A stretch of DNA of 64,000 nt from Phoronis australis (lineage: Eukaryota; Animalia; Phoronida): the NCBI GenBank assembly GCA_002633005.1, contig NMRA01000362.1, forward strand, positions 372,001 to 436,000, written 5' to 3'. The notes under the pieces are model-generated. The model worked only from the letters and a program-made list of their open reading frames with translations. It ran no database searches and had not been told where the DNA came from. The position numbers and the translations under genes were made by a program. This document shows positions 23,511-36,449 of this stretch, in pieces (position 1 is the stretch's first letter; each line of letters begins with the position of its first letter).

Positions 23511-26359
23511 TCGCTTTACGGTCAAAAAACGCAATTTGGGGAGCATTGTTAGATTTGATAGACTTCTTTAAATTCCTAGTTTTGACCATATCTACAAAAC
23601 AACGAAAACCGTTATTTTTGTGATTTTATTGCAAATCGCCAATTCTCGCAGTTGCCTGTCAAACATTCTCTGAAATCAAGGCTGGTGTGTCAGTGCTACT
23701 TAAACACGCTTAAAATACCCTGGATCTGGTTCAGCGATAGAGCGTACACTCCTACTGTGGAGATAGTAAGCTCGGGATTTTAGTCAGATAGAACATAGAC
23801 CAGTTTTCTTCACTGAATAACGAGCATCACCCTGTGGGCGAGTTATATCCGATTATTGCCGAACATTACTTACGTCATGCTTTGCCCGGCCCTCCCTATT
23901 TGTAAAAATTAAACACCTTACACATTAAAATTAAATTTCTTATTATACTACAAGTTAAAAATAACTAACTTCTTTTTTATAATTGTGACAGTAAGTTTAT
24001 CGAACCCCATCAGTCTTGCGGAAATACAGGAGCTGTAATTAACTCTCTCATGTACTCGTGCTTTTTTGCTGACCGAATCAATATCCGTCCTATGTTATCT
24101 ATTCTCTGTTAACTTTTAAAAAGAGCAGTCGTCGAAAATATCTGAAATACAAAACACCTTTTTGTTAACAGTAACTGTCTTCTGCATGATATTGTTGGTG
24201 AAATCAACACTCATAGTATAAATAAGCGTCTGACTGATAAGCATAAAGTCCTGACACTGTTCAGTTTGGGAAACCCTACAAACCATTCTAATTGTACGGG
24301 GGCGCTTTCCTCTTGCTTGGAATTGAACAACTGTGTCGGTAAATTAACATTAACAAAATTGGTACACATATCCGTTCAAAACGTAGTTTCTTGAAGAACA
24401 GTTATTACACAAGAATGCACTCTTTCACACTCATGTCTAATAAACTAGAGCAGACAACGCATTTTACTTCCTGGTTTCATGTTACATCATTGAACAATAT
24501 CAGTTGCAAGCAAGAGGATTTCGCTAGTGTTCTGTTGCGTTCTTTAGCTACCACTTGGTCCCTAGAGGTCGAACTGCAACACGAATCACTTAATCGGTCA
24601 GTAGTGCCGTTGTGTTTAATCTCACAGGCGCACAGTTATACAACTCTGGCCGGTTTACGGAAGCAATGTCTTAAGAAAAAGCGACACGCTTCATTAATAC
24701 ACAAGGGACATGCAGTCGCTGAACCAAAATCTTAGACTTAACGAGTAGAATAGAGAGATAATAAAGTGGGTGAATTGAAACAATCCACCAGTGACTGGAA
24801 TTGGTAGCGGAGATCAATTATTAACAACTTCCAAGACACTACGACTTGTATATTTACGTCGATGGCGATCGAGAGATAGGGAGATACATAGATTGTTAGA
24901 TAGTTTATTCTAGCCATGATAGTCCTACGGTAAATACATATACGTAGAAGAACAATAGTAAAGGCTAGAAGAGACCCTCGAGGCTTCTCGCATGTAGGAC
25001 ACGTGGTACTAAAACTACATGGAAACTGTCTACAACAAAAATAAAGCCTAAAACCTAAGAATACTAATACTAAACAAAATGCCGCATACATACAATATTT
25101 TAAACTAATTTAGAGTACCATGACACTGTACACGAATTAGAAACAAAGAAATTCAAAAGGGTGCATGAGGCATAACACAGAATACCTTAACAAAATAAGA
25201 TTTGTGGGTTCGGTCATACTTGGAACTGGGCTCATTATCTGAAATCGGAAGAGACAGCCGGTGAGGAAATTTTAGTCGGCAGGTTCAGTGCAAGAAATAG
25301 ATATATTGCTAATGACAGGATTACCCGTATTACGACTGGCAAAATGTCGTATACACGCAGGCTTACTTCTCTTGCATATGCCATTCAGTAGTTCGCAAAA
25401 CAGAATCTATTGTGGCAGGATGTTTAAAAAGCCGGCGTGCTTAGCACACTTACGATACTCAACCGACACATATAAGCCACGTCCTGTAGACCTCAAGACA
25501 GCCTGCTTTTGCGATGAGAAGTCCTCGCTGATGTAACAGGAACAGTGAATTAAGTCTCACCTTTCAACCTCATCGAACAGTTACTTCGGTGCCCGCCATG
25601 ATGCTAGAATTGGTTATAAGAGGCCGCGCTGAATAGTTATCAGTAGGTTTTGCCTGGCAGTTCACACATTATTGGCCCTGATCCTTTTTTCCACTCTGTC
25701 GAAAACTATGAACAAAATGAGAAGTTGTGTATCAATTCACATCAAAATGGCTGCACATGACCACAGTAAAATCATTCTGCCTCATATTTTAGCTCTTTCA
25801 CTTCCACCGAAAAAAGAACCGAGGCCCCGAATAAATTTCATCCCAAAACCCCTGACCACTTCTCTGCCAATGCTAAATATATACCAGCACTACAATTCGA
25901 AAACACTGTTTCTACTGACTCCAACAAGTAGTCCAAATGTGCTGCTCTCTGGCAATCAGATTTTTTTTGCAATTATGGGTTATTTGAGGGCTACCTTAAA
26001 TCGCATAAGATTTCTTGGGTGCTACGTAGAAATGCAACAATGCTACTACATACGAGACCGCCATTTGAAGAGAAGTGGCCACACAATTGGGCTTTCCTCA
26101 TTCCCAACATGTTCACCAGTACAAACAAACCAGATTCATTGAACCTATTAGTAATGTCTACCTCAAAACTGCCGCCTAGCCTCACCTACATAAACTATCT
26201 AATCTCTATGCAGGTCAAATATTGGCCGAAGCTATACTCCAACTGTACAATGACAGCTTCGTAAGCTCCATTTTTCTCTCGCGTGATTTTGCGTAGTTTT
26301 GAGACATCTTGCTGGTCAACGAAACACACTCTTACACGATTTCGCGTAAACTACGGAAA

Positions 26360-26682
26360 CATGGGCGGCGCAGCACTGGAAAAAAAGTGGAGGTTATCTC
26401 CCTATGGTGCACCGTCCATAGACAATGCATGCGCGCACCCAGCCTTCAATATGGGGGGGCTCGAATTCTTGCCGTTGTGGACCTTTTGGTAACAAAAAGG
26501 CGGGCGGACTACAAAAAACGGGGGCACCACTTTGAATTGCGCGTTTAGGGGAGTTTTGTCTCATTTTCTCGGACTTTTTTTTCCTCAGAGATGGACCTTT
26601 TTGTCCACTTCGCCAAATGGGAGGGCTCGTTCGAGCCTCCCCCCCCCTCCTGGGTGCGCGCATGCGATGGGCGCCGCCCATG
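26360..26682. mobile_element. Short MITE (TIR CATGGGCGGCGC) hosting a family A MITE
   Basis: catgggcggcgc at 26360 and gcgccgcccatg ending at 26682. No clean TSD (ggaaa/agaca). Confidence 0.55.
26428..26664 (+). mobile_element. MITE family A
   Basis: Perfect 15-bp TIR catgcgcgcacccag / ctgggtgcgcgcatg. 5-bp flanks caatg / cgatg. Confidence 0.88.
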
Positions 26683-26765
26683 AGACAGTGTAATTCATGT
26701 CCTTCTTTCATAAGGTAAAAGCTTTTAAATAACTGGGTAAATGTGTTGAAACTGCTGCGTTTGAG

Positions 26766-26787
26766 CTCAGACCACTTGTGGTCTGAG
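26766..26787. mobile_element. 22-bp hairpin micro-element with 7-bp TSD
   Basis: ctcagaccac-tt-gtggtctgag, flanked by gtttgag (26759-26765) and gtttaag (26788-26794). Confidence 0.6.
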
Positions 26788-29174
26788 GTTTAAGCTTTTA
26801 CCGAAACTGTTATGTCGAAATCGAAACTGATTTAAAATCACAAGGCTGTAACTTTCACTTCCGCCTGTCGTGCTCACAAAATTGAAGCAAGCATCCGAAG
26901 TATCCAATTTTGTGACGGCTCATTTATGAGGGTGCATTTCTTGAAGAGGAGATTGTCATGCGATTGATTGTGGCCTCTAGCACTGTGGGTTGCAATAACG
27001 CCGACTATATATTGTCGTGTTTTTATTAGACAACAAATATGCGATTCTGTTTTTTTTTTTTACCAGAGAATAATTACATTAAGACGTCAGTTGTTACTAG
27101 AGGCAATCGTGAGTCCAAATTCGTCAATCACGGGAGGGGTAGTTTTGATTTCTTCTGCGGGAAGGAGAGAGCAATTGTCGCTTGCTCTTTACAGTGTGAG
27201 TTATTCAAATTGCATGGATGTAATTTTGTTGGAACAGAAACCAAAAACTCATGCTTTCTATGTTACAGATTAGATATCATGGCTCTTGGTGGCTGGTCTT
27301 TCCCCACAGTTGTTCGTGTAGCTCGCCAAAAGCGTAGGTCTCGTTAGCAGCTTTTGCTATTAGGAGTTTTCAACTTTTGCTCCAAATTTTTAGGGTTGTC
27401 GAGGGTTACGGGTTCCGGGAGAACTGTATCGGAATGTCGTTTTAATATCTCTTAATAGGCCAAAATCAGGTTTGGTATCCTTTTAATCGAATAGTTTTGG
27501 GTTTAAATAATTGACACGCTCATCCGATTTTGATTTGTTGTGGACACTGCCACGGTCTCGACTGGCCACATTAGAGGCGGTGGCCATCCCGTAAGCAATC
27601 CATATGCCGGAAGCTTTTCGACGAATTATGCATCACACTCATTAAACCGTCGAAGTCCTGGTGCTAACAGTACCGCACATGCGCATAACGAGACACCTTA
27701 GGAGACCGTTTGTCTTTAACTCTTCCCAGTTATGACTTCAAACTCATGACATCCATTGCAGTCGTACACGTAGCTGTACTCGTCAATCTATTAGTCAATA
27801 GTAGATCTGATTGGCATTAGATTCTGAGCGGTCGAATAAGACGACTGGACCTGATCTAACAGATCGTGTAAATTCAATTCCACCAAATGCCGCTGGTTAT
27901 TTAAAATTTCCTTTCATTGAATGACTGATTAAAGGGATTTAATCATAGATAGCCCAGATGATAAAGTCCGCGACTTTTCATCAAGTAAGTGATTGATTTC
28001 AACATCGTCTCCGTCTAGCTCTAGGAGCTTTGTCGTCAACGAAAAGACCATACATACTGTTCAGTGAACTCCTTCCGTAGCGCCGGAATGTCGCGAGAGG
28101 AAGATAGCGAGACCACGACCTTCCTTCGTAATACGCATGGCCAAGGAATGTTTAGGATAACGTCATTTTGACGTAATTATGACGTTTTGGACCCAGTGTG
28201 ACGGCATGTCTATTCTTATTTCCGGGTCCAAATTGCGTCATATACTGCCATGACACGTCATCACTAAACATCAATATACCTCGCGATGCCTTGCGTGATC
28301 TAGCACTGCGGAACGCAGCTCGTCTTGAATGTAGCGAGGGTCGGTTCAAGCGTTCTGGTCCTGCTGTTATGGAGGTCTGCAAAGTGACCACGCCATAAAT
28401 GTTGCAGGAATAGAATGGAATGTGTCATCTAAAGACAATAAGTTATTTGAAACCCTCACACGATCAACTTTAAGCAACGCGTTTCAAGTTTCAGTGTTAA
28501 AATGCGCACACGAGGCCTACTTCTTTCCACTTTGTTCAATGTTGCGTTCTTTTGACGACCATAAAGTGTTGTTCAGAACATATATCGTGAACAAAACGGA
28601 GAGTGTTCTATTGTTGACACAAAGTTACGTTTTTCAGCAATTGATGTTTGAGTACCACTCCAAACTTGGGAACACAAAATCTCGATTTTTATTGTGTTTA
28701 ATTTTTTTACCAGCACGATGTTTTTATTGGAGGTTCGTTATAAACATTGAACGAATTTTTTAGATTAAAAATCTTGGAAGCTAGTTATGGAAAATCCTAG
28801 ACAAGGTTTTCAACATTTTTATCAAAATTTAGCGAATGATGGTGAAAGGAATTTCCCTGTCAGCGTACCTTTTGCCAAAACGTATGGTCATGTGACCAAG
28901 GGAATGTTACGGTGTTTTGCATCGACCCCCTATTTCAGACAATATATACTTTTATGGGGTGAAAACCGCCAGTTACGTGGATACTTCAGCAAGAACTCGT
29001 CTTAGGGGCATACCTAACCTTAATGTTGCAGGCTACAAATACGACTCCGGTGAAGAACGCAAACAGTGCCGTCAACGACATGGAAGCCGGCACGGCTCGA
29101 CAATATGAATAGCATGTGTTGTTTTTGTTGGAAACAGTCGACTTTTTTATCACTCGTATTTCCATTCTTTGCAG

Positions 29175-29273
29175 ATGTCATGGTACCAATTGACGACAGT
29201 CTTGATGGTAGCTGGTACTCGAACACCTGTGATGTCGGTCACCGATAGAATAGCGTCTCGGAACAACGGCACG
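29175..29273 (+). CDS. Candidate upstream GPCR exon (phase 0-0)
   Basis: Strong acceptor tttccattctttgcag. 99 nt reading MSWYQLTTVLMVAGTRTPVMSVTDRIASRNNGT (NGT sequon), then donor GTAAAT. In frame with 37511. Confidence 0.35.
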
Positions 29274-29633
29274 GTAAATCTTTATACGTCAGCAGTAGAG
29301 TATTTCAAAACTCTTCAACAATATTGTTAGCCTGCATGTTGTTTCCACTTCCATAACCCAATGACACATTTTATAGACTATTAAAGTTGTCGACCCTCGC
29401 TATGAATGCTTTCACCCACTAGGCTAATCACTCGCCAGAGAAATTAGTTTCTGTACGTGTGAATGGTCCGGATTTTTATCATGGTCCTTTTCCAAATTTG
29501 GCCCAACCCTGCGAATGGCTGTTTCTAAGTAGCACACAGTGCTATTAGGAATCTTTCACATTGTCCGTTTGCGTGCGAGCCCAAATTAGGCAATGAGCGC
29601 GTGAGTCTGAGATACTACAAGCACGAAAACAGT

Positions 29634-30728
29634 CAGCCTCCCAATGGTGTTGATCGGTTTAGCTGGTTGCAGCCTCGTCCCCATCCCTCGCGAAGATCGA
29701 TTAGCCATTTGAAGCCTGGTGAGGAGAAATTTACTTCAATTTCAGAATGCAGACACATTTACGGAAATCACCGGAACATCACGAGTGATAAGTTACATCA
29801 CAACTGAAATTAAGACTTCACTAAAAAGCAAGACTTTGCGAGATTATGTGAAATATTGTCATGTATTTTAAAGAGAACACGTGGTTTTGGCTAGATTTTT
29901 CTAGTCGCGAGACAGCTACTGAACTTTACCAAGTATCTTCTGCTTCCGAATAACTAATGGTAGCAACAACGACACTGGTGAAAATAGTTAAAATCTGTTT
30001 TTAGATCTTGTTTGGTTTCCGGAAAAACGTAATCAAATTTAAGGATAAGAATCCTCAAGAACTGGTATTGACGATTTATTGTGTCGCTGATCAGCGGTGA
30101 ACGTCGTCTACGACCAATCAGGGAGCATAAAGGGTATGTCCTCACCAGCTTAAGCCTCAAATGTATGCGCCATCTTGAGGCTTGGGGACGAGACTGAGCC
30201 ATTTGAGGCTTGGTGAGGAGATATCCCTTCAGCGCGTTGATTGGTCGAAGACAAACGCTCATAGCTGACAAGAGCCGCACGAGAAAAACTTCAAACACTT
30301 GAATATTTGAATACTTAAATACCAGTTCTTGAAGATTCTTGTCCTTTTACATCTTCGATAAACTTGAATATTTTTTTCACAAACTGAACAAGGTCCAAAC
30401 ACAGATTTTGACTATTTTCACAGGCGTTGCTGTTGCTATCATTCGTGGTTCGGAAGCAGAAGTTGTTTAAAAGGTCACAGTGCTCGTGTACATATCGTCA
30501 ATTCTGTTTTGTTGAAAGCACCATAGAAATTATCCTGCTTTTGAATTTCAATACATCAAATTTTCAATGATCTAAGCCTAAATTGCTGCATAAATACCGC
30601 TCGTCACACTACAGCAAATTTCAGAGGTGATTTAACTTAATATTACTCGTGATTTCCGTAAAAATATATCACCAAGCCTCAAATGGCTAAACCGATCAAC
30701 GCCATCTTGAGGTTTGGGAACGAGGCTG
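29634..30728. mobile_element. Inverted dimer of an Academ-like non-autonomous element of about 530 bp
   Basis: Termini cagcctcgtcccca (29670), tggggacgagactg (about 30183-30196) and tgggaacgaggctg (ending 30728). 29934-30070 is inverted against 30318-30462, and 29700-29812 against 30613-30690. Confidence 0.7.
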
Positions 30729-31026
30729 AACAACGGTGGAAGGCGTAAGTGGCGAGAACAACCGACCTCACTTGTGAAACACAATGCCAGGTTGACAGCA
30801 AAGCTATAACAGTAATATTATAGGAGGTCATCAATGTATAAATAAATGCTGGTAACTGTGCTTGGGTAGGATTATTATTTTGTTAGAAACTGCACCTTTG
30901 GGTCTACGCCTAAAATATTTAAATTCAATATGTCTGCGTGGCTGTTCATTGACTAACCTGTAGGCACCGCGTCTTTAGCATATTTTTGACTGCATGTGCT
31001 GGCCGTCATGAGATTCTTTCGATAAC

Positions 31027-31150
31027 GATTAAGCTTCTACCCTCTCACAACCGAGATGCCGCCAGTTAGTCGACCATTAGGTACTAATGATTAAACTTCT
31101 ACCCTCTCATAATCGAGATGCCGCCAGTTAGTTCGGACCATTATGTACCT
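31027..31150 (+). repeat. Tandem duplication of about 61 bp
   Basis: gattaaRcttctaccctctcaYaaYcgagatgccgccagttagt occurs twice. Confidence 0.85.
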
Positions 31151-31900
31151 TAACAGAAGCTGTAGCGTTTCTGGAAATTTGAACTGAATTACTTTCTAAA
31201 AACCGTCAACATTTTTGGTTAGGATGGTTTATTGAAGTTTTTTTGCAACTTAGGTGGATTTCAACCTTTGAGGATTTTTAAAGTGCATTATTGTATGAAC
31301 TGATATCTCTATTTTTCATTGCTACCCATAGAAGTATTGTACATTCATCCGTTCCTGCCCGTGTCCGCGATGAATTGCTCCCGGTTATGTTTCACCATAA
31401 GAGACTTGCCTTGATTACAGCTCACACTTCTTATTCACTCATATAAAAATATATATGAAAATTCAAATAAAGCGTGCTAAAGTGCAGGGTCTGCAATGCC
31501 ACGTGATCTAAGACTTAATTTAAAAGTGTGGTCCTACACAACTATAATCTCACCCGGTCTCTACAAAGTTTCTGAAAATATACACATAACTGCTAGTTAT
31601 TGAGATAAATTCTATGAATTATGTCTAGATTGTGATACACTAATGATTACTTGGCTAAACCTTTTTCAGCAGCAAAAGAGAAGTGGGAGTACATATCAGA
31701 CTAAATTTCTGTCTAAAGTTACTTTCATGAAACACACCAGAGGGAGCGATTTTTCTCGCACACGGATGCGTGTTTGCCTATTGACCCACGTAACCAGACC
31801 TGATAAGTTACATTGTTCCCTTGGTTTCGTATGGTAACAATAGATTAGGTGATATTGTAGTTATTTTTTACTGACCTATCAACATATCAACATGGCAGAA

Positions 31901-32057
31901 GAGTGGCGGGTTTAGGGGGGAACGTGCCTCCACCTAAAATTCTCCCAGATTCTATTTGGCACTTCGGGGGCTGCGAATGTCTGACGGGAAAATCCTGGCC
32001 AATACTCTGCCCTGCCCCGGCCCCCCACCCCAACTCAAAATCTTGGGTCTGCCTCTG
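31901..32057 (+). mobile_element. MITE family B
   Basis: Homologous to 15012-15167 (tttggcactt..gcgaatgtctgacggg..aaatcctgg..aactcaaaatc). gaaga occurs on both sides if the terminal CA was lost. Confidence 0.8.
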
Positions 32058-33570
32058 GAAGAAAATGTACACAGTGATGTTACAGACACATCTGCCGGGC
32101 AGACATTCCCTTAGATTTATCGTCTCCTTTGTTCTGCTCCGACTCGATCAGTCCCAATGCGCTAGACAACAATGAATATTCCTAGTTAGTTAAATGGAAG
32201 TATGCAACCTCTGGATTAGTTCATCATGCAGTTAAAGTTCTGTAACCAAGCGATAGTGTCATTAGAATACGAGGTATGTACGTTACCAGTTCCAAGAACT
32301 TCAGATGACGGTCAATAGTTCGTTGACCATTTCAATTTAAATTGATACATGATGCTATGGATCGTGTCCATGTTTCTATTTTCAATTTTCGTTTAGAGAA
32401 TTTTGAAACGTGGAATGTTGACTCGATATTGAAAACTCGATTTTCATTGGGCTAAAGTTGAAAAAAGAAATTTTGACGGTTCAATCTTTTAGTTGCAACC
32501 TTACAATCAATCACAGCTCTGCAATTCTAAAGAATAATTCGTCTGGTTGAAGGTTGTACGCCATTCGCGCCCGTGGCTGGTTGACTTTATTCTCGTACCA
32601 AACGTCTATTTGTTCGTGCTGACGGACCAACACGCATTGTCTTGGCTAGTTGCAGCTCCAAGCGTTCAACATACTAGTTGTTAGGCGCATTTTGATTGGT
32701 TGTTTGGCAAGCGGTATCTGGATCTAGACACTCGTGAATCATTGGCTGAATTGTTGTTATTCAGATTGGAAATGAAACACTGAAACATTGGTCATTATTT
32801 CAATTTTCTCTGGTCAAAACTAATAACTTCAGGTGGTCTGTCCAATCCAACAAGGATCCCCCAAAGGCGTCTTCGGCTATAAAGCCGATAATGGCTCTTA
32901 AATGTTACGCTAATTACTAATTTACTTCGTAAGCCAACACTAGCGTGTATGATCTCTAGCCAAAGCCATCTCCACATAGATACCACGTGCGAGTATTTGC
33001 AGACGAAAAGGCACGACCTTATCTTGTGATGTCGGTCATCGAAATCAATGCGACGCGACTGTTTATGTTTTCGATAACTGGGTTTCATTTCTGCTGCTTC
33101 TCTTAGTCGTAAATTTTTCAGATAACCGAGATTTTCGAGGTCTTGCCTAAGCTAGGGTTTCCCAGTCAATAGTCGCGTTGAGTCGTCACTTGTCTGCTGC
33201 ATCCTGATTTTAAAGACACTTTTCCTTTTCAATAACAGAACACAGGGCAAGTTTTGTCAGTCGAAAGATATATCTAAAATGTAAACATTTCATAACTTTC
33301 AGACCTGTTTGTGTTTGCCTAATTTCACTAATATTTTTAAAGTTTTTTTTTTAAAAAGTAGTCGGAGTTTCCGCGGAAACCTCATTACAAATGGCGGCAG
33401 TTGAGTGAGTAGACATAATGCATGAGTCAGCTAGCACTCACTACTATGGTGGAGCACCACCAAAAATAAAGATTAAACTAAAAAATCATAGTAAATTCAG
33501 TTAAGTTTGAACATGTTTGAATTTGTGCTGAATGAACACTATTTGGGCTTACGTTTCGACTAAATTAACT

Positions 33571-33680
33571 CACAGGCGGATCAAGGATTCTTAAAATTTA
33601 ACATTTCCAAAAATCTAGATTTGATATCGCTTAGGGAAAAAGGGGGTCCAGGGCCCCTTGACCGCCTGGATCCGCCTATG
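33571..33680. mobile_element. 110-bp MITE (CAYAGGCGGATC TIR, 5-bp TSD)
   Basis: cacaggcggatc / gatccgcctatg. Flanks taact / taacg. It interrupts the older repeat that is continuous at about 13420. Confidence 0.8.
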
Positions 33681-36145
33681 TAACGCGTTAGAATCCGCTT
33701 GATGACCCTTTTACTAAATGAAGCGGAAAGATCACCTGTAAGAGAAAGCAATTGCAAAGCGATATTCAAAATATGAAAGATAGTGCACCATTGAAAATTT
33801 CATTTGAATAAGAACGTTCATTTTTAATCGTAAGTTGTGCAATTGCAGTTTTTCTTCACTTGCTAAAATATTTTTTGGCGACGATTGTTTTACAAAATCA
33901 CATTCTTGTTTCACTCCGAAACGTACGTGTAGTGAATTTGTTCTTCGTGGCATCCATCTTAGTGAAATTTTCACGTCTGTTAATGCCATATCCACTTCAA
34001 TTAAAGTTCCAAAAAATTTTATTCTCGACTTGAAACATTTTGCCAAGCTTCTTTTTTTGTGCGGACTCACAAAATATCTTCGGTTATTTTTTGTTGAGCC
34101 GACTGGCGGTCGAGCCGGTCTCGCCACCTGGGGAGGCAGCAGACCGTCCAATCGTCGTTCCTATTAGACGAATGCTCATCAAATTTTCTCATCTAAACCC
34201 GGATCAGTCTGGTTTTAACCTTCATGAGTCGTGAGTTTTGTCAGCCTTCGAAAATTGGGAGCAGGTTTGAAAACTTCACACAAAGTTTGCGAAATCTCAA
34301 CCGTTACTAACTCACTTGCCTATGGAGAATAAACCCTGTAAATTAATGAAAGTAGTCCTTTAAACTCTTTATTAAGGGACATGATACGTAAAAACAAATT
34401 TCAAATTTTATTCGTTGCCTCGCATTTTTTATCTCCCTGGTAAAATGATTGCGTTCCCTGGCAAATGCTCTACTTCTCCTTGCATGCGTAAAATGTTACT
34501 GATTAAGACTTAGGCTAAAATGTGCAAATGGGAACAAATACGATCCCGAGAACTGTGAACGACTTCTAGCTCCGCCTGTTTGTGACGTGTCCTTGTGCAA
34601 TTTCTCCGGTATGAGGTATTCGGAGTATGTCAAATTTCTTGTTTGGTCAATGCTGGTCTTGCTTATAAACTATAGAAAATATTAAACACTGGTGTGTTTA
34701 AGCTATGATATCCATGCACATTGTATTCAGGTTACGGACATTGGTAGTGTGAAACGTTCCAAACTATATTGATTGGAAATAAATATGCATTCAGTGTTTC
34801 TTCAGAAAGTCGTGTGAGTCTGTCTCCCTTCCTCACGAACCACAGGAACGTTCTCGTTAACAGCGTTCTCTGTGCAGAATATTGTCACGGGCTGTATGCT
34901 ACCCAATTCTTTTCTAAGGTACGATTGCGCCTGTTTCCTTTGATAAAACGAGATCCTGATTTCTTCGCTACGTCACAGGAGTTGCCAAGTAAATGAAGTG
35001 CTATTTTTGACAGCAAAATCGAATAAGGACAAGTCCAACACAAAACAAAAAGTTCACCCGCATGAAACACATAGCAAAACTTCAGATGATAGCTGTTTAC
35101 AAATCTTGGTCAAATTCTCCATCGCTTTCAATATTCTGAAAATGTATCACTCAGGTTTCGCGAAAGCGACTAAAGACAGAAAGTTGATTTTACGCCCAAT
35201 TACTGGAAACAGGTTTAGGCAAATATAGAAATACTTTATAGAAATTATAACTAGTAGTTTTTTGCATATTCTCAGAGAGGTTGCACTTTTGCTCGCGTGT
35301 ATGTTCTCAGAGACTTTGCACTTTGCTCATGTGAGATATGTAATTATTTTTGTTGAATAGTTGTGTGGAGCGAAAGACCACATTTCTGTCTTATGAACGC
35401 GCATTGATTATTCACCGCGCACAATTGCTTATTGAACGCCCACCCTCAATTAGTACGCGTACTTATTTCAGTACGCGTACTGAACGAGAAAGTACAGGCG
35501 GTTCAGTAAGGCTTCCCAAATTCCGAGTAACAATCAGTCGTTCCAATCGATCTGCTAATGGGTTGGTTAGGGTTAATATAAAAGATCACTGTTTGGGCTG
35601 TCAAGAAATGCCAACAGATCTTAACTGTGTTAGTGCCCGCGTAGTTTCCGAAGTTGAATGAATGCCATCCTCTGACCAAAAATCAAAATTAATTGATTTT
35701 ATGTATATTTTAATTTAAAAGTTACTTACTTGTTCCTCACAAAATCAATAGCACCTTTATTAACATGTTCGCTTTATCGGCAGCTACATTCTTCGAAATG
35801 TAAACGTTAGTCTATTCGATGAATGACCGTTGAATAACTAATTCTGCTAGTTGAATAACCAATTATGTGAGTTGATTATGCACAGAAAGGTAATCGCTTA
35901 GGGACCAATTGTGTGCGCTAAATCGCTAATTCTGCTCGTTGAGGGAAAATTTCGCTCGTGTTTTACGACCGCGATCGTTATATCAAATAATTTTAGCAAA
36001 AACCCGTTAGATCTGAGTCCACGAGACCACTAGCCATTCAACTCTCAATTGATATTGTTTTGTGGTGTTTATGGTTTGTTATTCAAATTAGTAAAGAGTG
36101 AGTAGTTTACCACCAACATTTAGAATTACTACTACATTACCTCCC

Positions 36146-36449
36146 CACGCGCGCACCCAGGGGGGGCTCGGGGGGCTCCAACGAGCCCCCCCCCCNTTTG
36201 GCGAAGTGGGCAAAACGAGCAATGGGAATGTTTTCTGTCTAACAAATTCAATTGAACACCAGAGAAACAAAAAGTCCGAGAAAACGAGACATAAGTCCAC
36301 TGAAAAGGCACAGATCCACTGAAAAGGCACAGACGCACAGTGAAGGTGGTAACCCGTTTTTTTTTTTAATTCTCCCGCTTTTTTGTCAGCAAAAGGTCCA
36401 CATCGCCAGAAATTCGAGCCCCCCATATTTAAGGCTGGGTGCGCGCATG
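36146..36449 (-). mobile_element. MITE family A, reverse orientation, perfect 5-bp TSD
   Basis: cacgcgcgcacccag / ctgggtgcgcgcatg. TSD ctccc at 36141-36145 and 36450-36454. Confidence 0.88.

Noticed and set aside
24740-26260. Possible very old LINE-derived sequence (LFLLTPTS-like)
   Set aside because: No diagnostic RT motif could be recovered by eye. It would need a translated HMM search.
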